Positions 38,791-51,250 of a stretch of 64,000 nucleotides of DNA are shown in pieces. The position numbers were made by a program, and so were the translations under genes. The stretch's first letter is position 1. Each line of letters opens with the position of its first letter. Under the pieces are notes generated by a model. It was given only the letters and a program-made list of their open reading frames with translations, was not told where the DNA came from and made no database searches. The stretch spans positions 21,018,001 to 21,082,000 of the forward strand of contig OZ024762.1 in NCBI GenBank assembly GCA_964016885.1. The letters are read 5' to 3'. The DNA comes from Eledone cirrhosa. Its lineage: Eukaryota.

Positions 38791-38861
38791 TGTTTTATCT
38801 GATGAAAACACAAATATTATTGCATGATGATGTTTGTTTTTGAAATGCGCATAATAAAATA
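38791..38861 (+). ncRNA. Minimal type I hammerhead ribozyme motif (H2)
   Basis: tgttttat-CTGATGA-aaacacaaatattatt/gcat/gatgatgtttgttttt-GAAA-t-gcgc-a-TA-ataaaata. Confidence 0.88.
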
Positions 38862-39242
38862 TATGGAACTCCTTTAACCATCTTTTGATCTTATATTATG
38901 CATACTCCAGTCCTACAAATTGTAGAGTGCTTCTTATCCGATATCTGCATTGCTTTATTGTACTACAATAAAACTCACCTCCTACATATATATATATATA
39001 TATATTCTCAGAAAATGAAGGAATGCCAAATGCAGAGAAAAACTGTAACCTCAGTCTTTTGCTATAAATTAAAGATACAAAGTTTGACTCTCTTAAGCGA
39101 CTGCTGGCTACTTTTTTCTGTCCATGCAGGTAAATTAACCGATTTTGTAAGCTATTATTTTTAGCAATCAACTGTGGTTACAGTTATAATTAGTACATAT
39201 ATGCACATATATATACATATATATGTATACATACACACACAC

Positions 39243-39275
<33 letters not shown>

Positions 39276-39301
39276 CATATATACATACATATATACATAC
39301 A

Positions 39302-39379
<78 letters not shown>

Positions 39380-39385
39380 CATGCA

Positions 39386-39428
<43 letters not shown>

Positions 39429-39435
39429 GCATATA

Positions 39436-39512
39436 CAGGGTTATTCAAAAAGAATGAACCAATTTCATGATGCATTGCAATGAAATTGGTTCATTCTTTT
39501 TGAATAACCCTG
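39436..39512. mobile_element. 77-bp Tc1/mariner-type mini-MITE
   Basis: Perfect 33-bp TIR cagggttattcaaaaagaatgaaccaatttcat, 11-bp spacer, TA on both sides. Confidence 0.85.
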
Positions 39513-39518
39513 TATATA

Positions 39519-39594
<76 letters not shown>

Positions 39595-40043
39595 TACATA
39601 TATATATACATATATATATATACATATATATATATACATAAATATATATATAGATACATACATACATACACACATACATATATATAAATATGTACACGCA
39701 CACACACATATATATATATATGTCTGTGTGTGTGTATATATATTCTCCTTTGTATATCCTCAGTCCATGCTTTTTTCATTTTTGTTCCTGTATTTGGTGC
39801 TTGGTTGTTTAAGTACTTGCAATTCTTGTTCTGAATGTTGTTAGCTATTTCTTTAAATTTATTTATATTCTATAGTTGTTAGCATGAATTATCAAAAGAT
39901 TTAATTCTATTTTTATTAATTATTTGTCTGTTCATTTTAGTTATTTTTTGCACTTTATAATATCACTTATTTATTTTATTTATTTTAATATTTGTTTTCA
40001 AACCACTGATTTCATAGTTGCAGTTTATAAGCTTACTTACGTG

Positions 40044-40088
<45 letters not shown>

Positions 40089-40571
40089 ATATATATATAA
40101 TTATATATATATTAAATATATATAATATATATATAATATATATATAATTATATATATATTAAATATATATTATATATATAATATAATATATATTTAATAT
40201 ATATATAATTATATATATATTATATATATAATATATATTTAATATATATATATTAAATATATATTATATATATATAATATATATTTTATATATATTATAT
40301 ATATAATATATATTATATATATATATATATTATATATATATATATTATATATTATATTTAATATATATATAATTATATATATATTATATATATAATATAT
40401 ATACATATTATATAATAGTTATCATATATTATATATACATATATATTATATAATATATATTATATATACAGATATATTATATATATATATGTATTATATA
40501 TATATGTATATATATATTTATAATATATATTAGATATATATATCATATATATAATATATATTATATACATA

Positions 40572-41040
40572 ATCATCATCATCTTCGTTTAACGTCCATC
40601 TTCCATGCTAGCATGGGTTAGACGGGAGTTGTCCCGATTGAGGCAAGGTAGGTTGGGTGACCGTGTCTCGCTCATATAGGACTATCTGGCAGGTTTTCTA
40701 CGGCTGGATGCCCTTTCTAACACCAACCACATTTACAGTGTAGAACTGGGAACTTTTTACCGTGTTACCTACACGGCCACATTACAGCGTGGACTGTGTG
40801 TGTGTTTTTTTTTTTGTCGTGACACCTACACGATCTCGATCTCCTCATTTATTTGGACTGGATGTTGTGGTACCAACGTTACAGAGAGAGGGGAGTGGGA
40901 GGATAGGGTAGGGGTAGTGGATTGGGGTGTATATTTGGTTAAGAGGTACCTACTGACTGTAGGTTTTGCTTTGTACATAGGCAAGGCGTGTCTTCTGTAT
41001 TACTGCACCAAAGATCTCGGTCCAGTGACATTGTCTTAGA
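40572..41040 (-). mobile_element. RTE LINE 3' end
   Basis: Reverse complement of 41520-41945, with an (atc)n tail at 40572. Confidence 0.85.
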
Positions 41041-41424
41041 TAATATATATTATATATATATATTATATATATATTATATATATATCAATCTAAACTATTG
41101 TGATATTACAGAGAAAACCTCAGTTATTTTATCTTCGCTAAATTCAGTATAAGTTTGTCGATGGCTTTTTTTTTTCTAGCCACAACTGTGTAGCATTTCT
41201 TTCAAACAACACGAACAACACTCATTAAAGTGGCCTCTTGCTGTGTGTTTTGATTTCATAGAAATATAAAAATTAGAGTGAAATATTTGGTTCATATTTG
41301 ATTGAGGCTCAACAAATTTATATGTTCAAATTGATATCTTTATGATATATGTTTGAATATGTGAGTCCTCCAAATGCACAAACTATCTGTAATATTTTAG
41401 TCAATCACTGTAGATAATAGTTGA

Positions 41425-41945
41425 GTCAGGGCAATCAAAATTGACGGAAGTCACGGAGTAGGCAGACCCAGAAAAACCTGGGACAATTTGATAAATTCCG
41501 ACCTGACACACTTACACCTCTCTAAGACAATGTCACTGGACCGAGATCTTTGTCGCTATGCAGTAATACAGAAAACCCGCCTTGCCTAAGTACAGAGCGA
41601 AACCTACAGTCAGTAGGCACCTCTTAATCAAATATACACACCCCTCCCACTCTCCCCAACTCCCCCACCCCCACCCCCATCTACACCACCCCTTTCTCTG
41701 TAAAGTTATGTTGGTGCCACAACATCCAGTCCTAAATAAATGAGGTCATGTAGGTAAAAACCTCCCAGTCCACACTGTAAACGTGGTTGGTGTTAGGAAG
41801 GGGATCCAGCCATAGAAAACCTGCCAGACAGTCCCATACGAACGAGACGACCAATCTTGCCTCAAGTCGGACAATTCTCATCTAAACCCATGCTAACGTC
41901 GAAGATAGACGTTAAACAATGATGATGATGATGATGATGATGATA
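41425..41945 (+). mobile_element. RTE LINE 3' end (ORF C-terminus, 3' UTR, (GAT)n tail)
   Basis: VRAIKIDGSHGVGRPRKTWDNLINSDLTHLHLSKTMSLDRDLCRYAVIQKTRLA*, then a UTR ending gacgttaaacaatgatgatgatg. Confidence 0.85.
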
Positions 41946-42692
41946 ATTACTTCTTAGAGATGCAGGAAAAGTGTATGCAGAGTTCCTTAGAAGTAATTGA
42001 ACGTTGTATCTCTTGAATACCAGTACCAAATTTTCTCAACTATTACCTACGGCGACCAACTGTTATTACAGTTACTTTCTGTATTTGGGTCATTCACATT
42101 TTCAAATTTTGTACACTTTTGGTGATTTGATAGTTCATAAGGTTCATTAATGGTATACATTATTTGATTAAAATTGGTAAAATTAGTAGCTTTTGCCAGT
42201 AAAATACTACTCGCATAACTATTTATCCATATAATAATACCAGCCTGTTTTTATTCATATGTACTTTATAATAATATATTTCAGAAACACTTTAGAATAA
42301 TTTAAATAGTTTAGAAATGGTCTTTTTATACATTCAGAATGCAAGAATGCAACACTTTTGTTTCACAAACTTGCTTGTTCCTTCATATATATGTATGTAT
42401 ATATATGCAATATATATGTATGTATGTACATTTATGTTAATATGTGTGTGTATGTGAACATATATATATATATACACACACACACATATATACACATACA
42501 TACATATATATACATATATATATATACGCGTATACGTATCTATATATATATATATATATATACATATTTTGTATGTATATATATATATATATATGTATAC
42601 ATATATATAGATATATGTATACATATATATAGATATATGTATACATATATATATAGATATATGTATACATATATATATATATATATGTATAC

Positions 42693-42728
<36 letters not shown>

Positions 42729-42912
42729 GTATATATATGTATATATATATATGTATATATATATATATGTATATATATTATATATGTGTATACATATATA
42801 TATGTATATATGCATATATATATGTATATATGCATATATATATATATATATGTGTATACATATATATATACATATATATATATGCATATATATATGTGTA
42901 TACATATATAAA

Positions 42913-42949
<37 letters not shown>

Positions 42950-43113
42950 ATACATATATATATGCATATATATATATATATATGTGTGTATACATATATA
43001 TATATGCATATATATATATATATATGTGTGTATACATATATATATGCATATATATATATATATATATATGTGTATACATATATATATGCATATATATATA
43101 TATGTATATATGC

Positions 43114-43169
<56 letters not shown>

Positions 43170-43969
43170 TTCACTGATTCACACTTTTAAATACCTTTGT
43201 TTATCTTTATTTTGTTTGTGTTCATACATTTTTCTCTACAATGCATAAAAAATTTGACAATTATCTCAAAATTAGAAAAATAAGAATTACAATGTTTTTT
43301 AGTGAACTGGAATATAAAAAAAATAAGATTCTGTGAACAACTAAAAACTTAAGATATCACCAAAAAAAACAACCCCAATTCCTCTCCACTCGAAAACAAA
43401 AAAAAAACAAAATAATAATCTAGATCATATAGAAACTATCAACAACTTTTTAGAAATATAGAGAACTGATATTAATAATATAGATTGATATATCCTTCAT
43501 ATATTGGTGAAACTTTGATTGGTTTTACTTTGTGCAATTTCAATCAGCTTCAAGTATTTTATAGGAAAACAATATTGATAAACAATTAATCACAGATCAA
43601 TATCTATGAAAATCTATATAAATGTTTCTGGCAGTTTACTATATTGTCAAAATTTCAGTTCAATATTTATTGGAGTATTGATTAATTAGTGACATTCATT
43701 AGATTATAAATGATATAAGGCTCTAATTTCTGGATGGCTTCAGTTCTTTTGTGACTCTAAACATTTAAAAGATTATTGTTGATCCCCACCATCTACTATA
43801 TAAATCTAAGCAGTTAACAAATTTAAACTAAAATATGGCACTAATTTAGTATTTAAATAGATACTTTAGTATTTTAATTTATACTTCTCTAAAATAGTAC
43901 TTTAGTACTTAAAGTAGTACTTTATATTTAACGTTACTATATAAACTGTACTTTACTATATATATTGAT

Positions 43970-44860
43970 TAGTATTTTACTATTCAAATTAGTACTTTAG
44001 TATTCAAATTAGTATTTTAATATTTAAATCAGTACTTTACTGTCTAAATTAGTACTTTGCTATTCATATTAGTACTTTACTATTCAAATTGGTACTTTAG
44101 TATTTAAATCAGTACTTTAATATTTAAATCAGTACTTTACTATTCAAATTAGTACTTTAGTATTTAACTCAGTACTTTAGTATTTAAATTAGTACTTTAG
44201 CATTTCAACCAGTACTTTAGTATTTCAACCAGTACTTTAGTATTTAAATTAGTACTTTAATATTTCAACCAATACTTTAGTATTTAAATTAGTACTTTAG
44301 TATTTCAACCAGTACTTTAGTATTTAAATTAGTACTTTAATATTTCAACCAATACTTTAGTATTTAAATTAGTACTTTAATATTTCAACCAATACTTTAG
44401 TATTTAAATTAGTACTTTAGTATTTCAACCAGTACTTTAGTATTTAAATTAGTACTTTAGTATTTCAACCATTACTTGAGTATTTAAATTAGTACTTTAG
44501 TATTTAAATTAGTACTTTAGCATTTCAACCAGTACTTTAGTATTTCAACCAGTACTTTAGTATTTAAATTAGTACTTTAGTATTTAAATTAGTACTTTAG
44601 TATTTCAACCATTACTTGAGTATTTAAATTAGTACTTTAGTATTTCAACCAGTACTTTAGTATTTAAATTAGTACTTTAATATTTCAACCAATACTTTAG
44701 TATTTAAAATAGTACTTTAGTATTTCAACCAATACTTTAGTATTTAAATTAGTACTTTAGTATTTCAACCAATACTTTAGTATTTAAATTAGTACTTTAG
44801 TATTTCAACCATTACTTTAGTATTTAAATTAGTACTTTAGTACTTAAACCAGTACTATTA
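43970..44860. repeat. 20-bp minisatellite (agtactttagtatttaaatt / agtactttagtatttcaacc)
   Basis: About 44 tandem units, with degenerate copies extending to ~43840. Confidence 0.95.
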
Positions 44861-45082
44861 CCAAGGAATTATACTGAGATGTTATGTTACTAGTTCGTGA
44901 CATCTTTCTAATTTTCTACTTATAATCTTCACATGAAATATAGTCGTTTTCTTATTTTTCAATTTTTAGATAATTTTCCAATTTATGCATTTGTTATGTT
45001 TTTTTTTAAATCCTTTTTCATCTTAATTTTCTTTTTTCCTAATTTGCATTTTAGTTTTGTACACTACTCCCTTATTTTCCAG

Positions 45083-45875
45083 TCCCTCCTCCCCTTGGCA
45101 AGTGTTCCACGGCCTGTGAGTAGTGGCTCTACTCCATGTGGTGAGGAGGAGGGGGAGGAGGAAGAACAGCAGTTGGTGCACCACCTCCCCCACACACAAA
45201 CACCTCAAGTGGCCATAGAACCAACTCCTCCAATAACCACGAAAAACTGCTTGTCGAGTGAGTCGATTTGCGAGAAGGCTGACAGCACAAAAGACAACAA
45301 CGAGACTTGGACAATAATCGAGGTAGAAACGGAACAGTGTGAATCGCAGCCTGAAGAATCGGTTGCCTTTCACGTAATGCCACCAGTGAAAACAATGCCA
45401 CATCGAACAAAATCAAACAAACTGCCTAAACCAAGTGAGGCTGTGACTCCAATAAAACGCTCCCCATCAGAATCTAATATTAGAAAAAGGAACTCTCCAA
45501 AAGAAGATGATTCTGTATTTTGTAGTAGTTCATCTAGTCGAAACCTTCATGAGAATCGCAATTGTATATCAAGGGAAGCTTACTCAGATGTAAATTTAAC
45601 TCAGTCTGTTACTGACACGAATACCACTAGTCCTGGCACCAATTGCAAAGACTCAGAACCTTCGATACTACGAAAAATGAGCTCCAGTCTAAAAGCCTTA
45701 TCAATTAAAGTAAAAGGCAGCTTGCTTGATGTGGGTCATGATCCTCGTAAATACAAACCCCCCCGGCGTTTTGGCGACGTTGGCAAAGTTGATGTAATTG
45801 ATCTCACAAAGGAAAACGAATCGTCTCACAAAAGACACATGAGCCGAAGTGAAATATTCAAGGGACTGTTTGTAG
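45083..45875 (+). CDS. STXBP5: Probable large alternative tomosyn exon in the hypervariable region (Ser/Thr/Pro/Glu-rich, ~263 aa)
   Basis: Long pyrimidine tract and ttccag| acceptor in phase 0 (matching 26018); 790-nt stop-free, non-repetitive frame; donor AG|gtatgt at 45875 (alternative TTT|gtaggt at 45871). No homology recognised. Confidence 0.7.
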
Positions 45876-46420
45876 GTATGTTGTGAAATATAGTTAAACT
45901 TGAAGGTGACTACAGTTTTTATGCTTGCTAAATATATTCACCGCTTGACTTTCCTCCTTTTTTCAGGGTGAGAGCGCCACCTATTGCTTGTCATAGCAAG
46001 AATTGCGATAAGTTTAACCACTCTTCTAATCCTAGTTTACTTGTATTAATAGCACTGAAGGCCTTAGACGTGCATGCAGGTTTTATGACCTCCCCATCCC
46101 CCTCGGCAGGTGACTGTTTGCTTATAATAGCAGCTGTTGGTAGTCAGTGCATGTACCTGCTTTGTCACTAACCAAATTAATTACTTATATAGTAGTACAT
46201 ATACAAGCTAATTCTGTGGTTTTTCATTTTTTTTTTTTTTTTTGGTCCTCCAGTAAGTCACACATAGCAAACAACAATTGCCCTCTCATCCCATCCCAAC
46301 CCTGCCTTTTTTTTTTTCATAAAGGAACAGCAACAATATTTATGGGATAACAACAAATATTGACTTCCTTTTCATCTGGCCCCAAACTTTTTAAAACTCT
46401 AAACTCCCATTTCAGGATCA

Positions 46421-46470
<50 letters not shown>

Positions 46471-46528
46471 CACACTACATACATACACAATATAATTAAA
46501 TACATATACAAACGCAAACTCATACATG

Positions 46529-46565
<37 letters not shown>

Positions 46566-46888
46566 CCTAAAGCTGTTTCTTGCAACCACTAACCCCTCCA
46601 TAAACGTCCTTTATCTTCTTCAGCTTAGCCTAAACATTTCCTGACATGGCAACTTAACAGACTGGATCACTTATAAAAATATATAAACAAATTTCTTCCT
46701 TCCGAAAGTTTGTTAAAATCCATATCCATTGTCATCTTCCCAGCCGACAGTCACCAACACCAACCATTCCAATTTTAAGATGGATTACCTAAAACGAAAA
46801 TATTTTATATCTGCAAGCAGCTTCAGGTAGCATTTGGGGAAATATATATATATATACTCAAAATTATAAGAAATTATTATTTATTTAT

Positions 46889-47015
46889 ACATCTCTACAG
46901 ATGTTTCAATACGGCTAGAATATCACATCCATTTGCAGAGCAGCTGGAGAATTATTAGTTAACAATTATCTCCATTATGGGTGCTTCATCCCAATTGTAT
47001 CTCTTCAGGAAATAT
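46889..47015 (-). ncRNA. Hammerhead ribozyme motif with large stem II insertion
   Basis: Reverse complement reads atatttc-CTGAAGA-gatac...(~84 nt)...gtatt-GAAAC-atct-GTA-gagatgt. Confidence 0.7.
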
Positions 47016-47724
47016 TCAGAGCAAAAATGATATAAATATATATGTGGTATTTTTAGATTTAGAAATTTAATATTCAGCTTCTGCCTATTCGTATGGTTCA
47101 ATGGTGGATCAATTTGCAGAAAAGAAAATATCTTTGAAGTGAAGTGTAGTTAATTTGCTCTCGTGAGGATAGTTTCTTTCTTCTTCGTTTTCCTTTTTTT
47201 TTTATTTAAAAAAAAATATATATTCCCCTAATTAATGGTTAAATTATAAATAATTGTTTCTACTTTTGGCACAAATAATGAAAGCTTCCCAAACTTGGAA
47301 AATTAGAAGGGAGATTGTGAGAGAATGTTGCATCCAAGGGAAATAATTCTTATCCTAATAATGTCCCTTTTATGTGTTCGGCAGCAAAGGGCAGTGGGGG
47401 TGGGTTAGGGGTTGGAGGTAATGCTAAGTCAAATTATTTTCAAGAAAAATAATTAAAGATGGATAGATATGATATCTTGTTCAATTAGTTAATTAAAAAA
47501 ATGAATTGTATTATTAGATTATAATGATTATATAGGTAATTAATTAGTAAATCTTTATGCTCTCTTCCTGTCACAAACATACGTGTATACAGAAGTCTGA
47601 CGGGACATAGAATAAGTAGTTGGCAACTTTCTAAGAATTAAATTAAAAAGGAACCAGAATTAATTCACAACCCTAGTACATTGTGTGGGTGTGTGAATAT
47701 ATATGTATGACTATATATATATGT

Positions 47725-48065
47725 GAAGGCGCATGGCTTAGTGGTTTGAGCATTGGGCTTACAATTCTGAGGTTGTGAGTTCAATTCCCGGGGCGGGTAG
47801 TGCATTGTGTTCTTGAGCAAAACACTTTATTTCACGTTGCTCCAGTTTACTCAGCTGTAGAAATGAGTTGCAACGTCACTGGTGCTGAGTTGTATCGGCC
47901 ATTGCCTTTCCCTTGGACAACAGTGGTGGTGTGTGGAGTGGAGACTGGTATACATGTGCGACTGCAGGTCTTCTAAGAAAACATCTTGCCCAAATTTGCT
48001 CCTCAGAGAAGAACTTTCTAGGTGCAAATCCCATGGTCATTTGTGACTGAAGTAAGTGTTTTCTC
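47725..48065 (+). mobile_element. tRNA-derived SINE (family A-like head, different 3' body)
   Basis: ggcgcatggcttagtggtt...gagttcaattccc head plus the cttgagcaaaacactttatttcac block. Confidence 0.8.
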
Positions 48066-48132
48066 TTTACCCTATATACATATATGTTGGGAAGGAGTGT
48101 GTATATACTGTATGTATGTATGAGGATATATC

Positions 48133-48200
<68 letters not shown>

Positions 48201-48696
48201 AATTATGCTGAAAATGATTGAGAGGATTCTTCAGCCATATCAGGAATGTGTTAGCCTCTCTCATGCTGGCATCACAATGAAATGCACCCACTACACTCTG
48301 TAAAGTGGTTGTCATTTGAAGAAAAAGAATAAATAAACAAATAAACTAGATTAACTATTTAGTCTATTAAAGGTTTATATTTTTGGGGGGGAAGGGGGGG
48401 GGGCTCTGGGTTGGAATATATTTGAAAAATTTAATTGTTAGCTGAAAACCCATAACAATTCTTTAGATTATCAGTTTTCTTCCTATGTTTGGCTAATTTG
48501 ATGACAAATATTAGTGGCCTTGGTGATGGTGGTGATGGCAGCAATGACGACAGTGGAGGTATTTATGGGTTTAGCTAAAAGCAGAATTTGACAAAAGCAG
48601 GGTTTTTGCTAAATAATTAGCTTTCATTAATTGCCTTGCTTGAAACTTTTTTTTTTTCTTCTTCTTTTTTTTTTTTTTTCTCCACTTAATTTTTAG

Positions 48697-48841
48697 ATAG
48701 AAGCTGCTTCTCCTAGTCCCAGCCCAAAACAAAAGAAACAACAACCACACCCAGAACTGAAGCGGACAAAGTCGCAGGCGGCTAGCCGCAAAATTCAGAA
48801 GGCTCAGAGCAACGCATCATTGGAGGATAATAATGGCGGAG
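48697..48841 (+). CDS. STXBP5: Probable tomosyn hypervariable-region exon
   Basis: Strong poly-T tract then ttttag|; IEAASPSPSPKQKKQQPHPELKRTKSQAASRKIQKAQSNASLEDNNGG (KRTKS is reminiscent of vertebrate KTKSRK); the donor G|gtgcta is weak. Confidence 0.65.
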
Positions 48842-51184
48842 GTGCTACTAATATTATTATTATTATTATTATTATGACTACTGCTGCTGCTACTACTACT
48901 GCTGCTGTTGTTGCCCAGTCGCAGCTGATTCCTAAATAACATGAAATCACAGTTTTCTTACAAGCAAGCACCTTTTTTTTTTTAAACGAATGCAAAATTG
49001 CTACAAATCTAGACCAGAAAATTGTGAATAGCTTCTCTGATACTTCCATTTCCCACCCATACAAGTCTGTAGGAACTAAGTTGTAGTAGCTTGCATCTGT
49101 TTACAAGTTTACTCACCAAATATAGTCAACTTTAGCCAAAGTATAGTCGACTTTACACCAGAAAAAAAAACAACAAAAATCAAAAAAAAAAACCATTCCT
49201 TTAGTACATCTCACACGTTTCTATTTTTTCTATTTTTTCCCAACCTGTTTAATTTAATTGGCGGAATAACTTTCAGAGAATTTTCTAGAATAATTTTCTT
49301 GTTTATCCTTGGAATTTTGAAAAATCAACTTTATTAATTATCAAGAAAAGATTCTAAGGCTATGAAAATTTTAAATTGGTTTAAAAAAAACAACAGATGT
49401 TTAATATCTTTATCTCATTTTTTTTTTCCATATCTTTATAACTTGAAAATTCATTGCAAGCAAAGGTTTCATTATCTAACAATCTTAGACAAATGCAAGC
49501 TGTGTTTTCTAGCCAATGTGTGCCATTGGAATGAATCTTTGTACAAATCAAAATAAATTAGTTTTGTCTATATGTTGTTCTCACAGTATTTCTTCATGAT
49601 GCATTGTGTGACAGGGCTGACTCTTTGAATTACAACTTCACTTTTTGTCAGCTGATTGAATTGGTGCAATGTGAAATAAAATACATTGCTCAAGGACACA
49701 ATACATTCCCAGCCATACAATGATTAGCTGAAGACCGTAAACTCTAAACAATGCAGTTACACATACATACATACATGCCAATATATTACATATATCATCA
49801 TCGTTTAACATCCATCTTCCATGTTAGCATGGGTTGGACGGTTTTGTTCTACTTGAGGCGAGATTGGTTGGGAAACTCGTACAATCTTGGTGTCTCGCTC
49901 GTACAGAACTGTTTCTGGCAGGTTTTCTACGGCTGGATGCCCTTCCTAACACCAACCACATTTACAGTGCTTATACGTGGATGTTATGCTGTAACTTTGT
50001 GAGGATAAGCCGGTTCAAATGATCCGAAAACACTTCATGTCAGTAGTATATCCCAGCTAAAGGTTGGTGATTAGGAATGACGGAGTATTCTTTTAATAAT
50101 TAGTTAAGATAACATTACAAGCAATTATGGTGAAGTAACCATGTCCTAACTACTTTTAATTCATAAATATATACACACACTCACTGCATTTAAATATTCA
50201 AATAGGAAATACTGTTTTTTCTAGATACATTTAAAAATTGGATTTGCCTTATAAAAGTTGCACATTGAATAGGTCCAGTTTATTTATAACTAATTCAAAT
50301 ATATTAATATACATTCTACTTTAAATACAGTTCTGAGGGTTAACTCTAATAAAACATTTTTTAACCTTAATAGATTTTTATATTTTATATTCTAAGCAAG
50401 AATATATTTTGTATTTCAAAATTCTCTGGGGATTTTTCTGCCAATTATTTATTCAAAATACCCCACACAAAGGTAAATATATTTTTTTAAACAGTTTCAC
50501 CATCAGAAGAACATAGCTAGTGTTATCATTTCATGAAGGGATTTAGTAAAGAAAATTAATAGAATAAAAAAAAATAGAATATTGTTTAAATTTCTCATCA
50601 ATAATACCTATTATCTTGGAATGTAACTGAGTGGTGTTAGAGGCATATTGGAGGAGTAGGACAAACGTCAGACACAATGTCTTGTAGTGTTCGATCTGGT
50701 TCCTTAAGCTCTGAGGTCAATTTTGTCTTTCATTCTCTGAGGTTGATAAAATAAAGTACCAGTCAAGTAATGGGTTGATTTAATTTACTTTCCCCATCTC
50801 CGTTTTAATTGCTGGCCTTGCACCTAAACTAGAAATCATTATAAACAGTGGTAGGGTAGTGGATTGGTAGTATCGGTAGAACGTCAGACACCATGCTTTA
50901 CGGCGCTTTACGTTCTGAGTTCAAATTCCACAGCGGTCAGCATTATATTTCATCCTTGGGCTGTTTCAGTCTGATATGCCTAGCAATATTGCTCAAAAAC
51001 TAAAGCCTCATTAAATCTCAACTATATATATAACTGAATATTTAGTATCGGGGAAAGTTTAATCATATTATCCAGCTGTGACAATACTTACTCTAATGCA
51101 ACTTATATATATATATATATATATAAATGGAAGTTGCACTGTTTAAGGTATGTCAAATTTATTTATAAAACGGTTTATATATTG

Positions 51185-51250
51185 TATTTTGTCTGAGGAA
51201 GGCATACCATATTTTTAATATGATATCCCTGAAATATATATAATGAAATA
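51185..51250 (+). ncRNA. Minimal type I hammerhead ribozyme motif (family H1, solo copy)
   Basis: tattttgt-CTGAGGA-aggcataccatatt/ttt/aatatgatatccct-GAAA-t-atat-a-TA-atgaaata; the flanks match the 8512 element. Confidence 0.8.

Larger units (their letters stand above)
38307..38990. mobile_element. Fold-back Penelope-like pLTR element (family H2)
   Basis: ~210-bp near-perfect inverted arms (38307-38517 / 38687-38898) around a ~170-bp spacer, with (TA)n at both ends. Confidence 0.78.

Noticed and set aside
43970-44860. CRISPR-like regular array
   Set aside because: Contiguous tandem units without unique spacers, no cas genes, and eukaryotic context.
44933-45082. ATG-started N-terminus of the 317-aa ORF
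   Set aside because: The Phe-rich part is the intronic pyrimidine tract; coding more plausibly starts at the acceptor at 45083.
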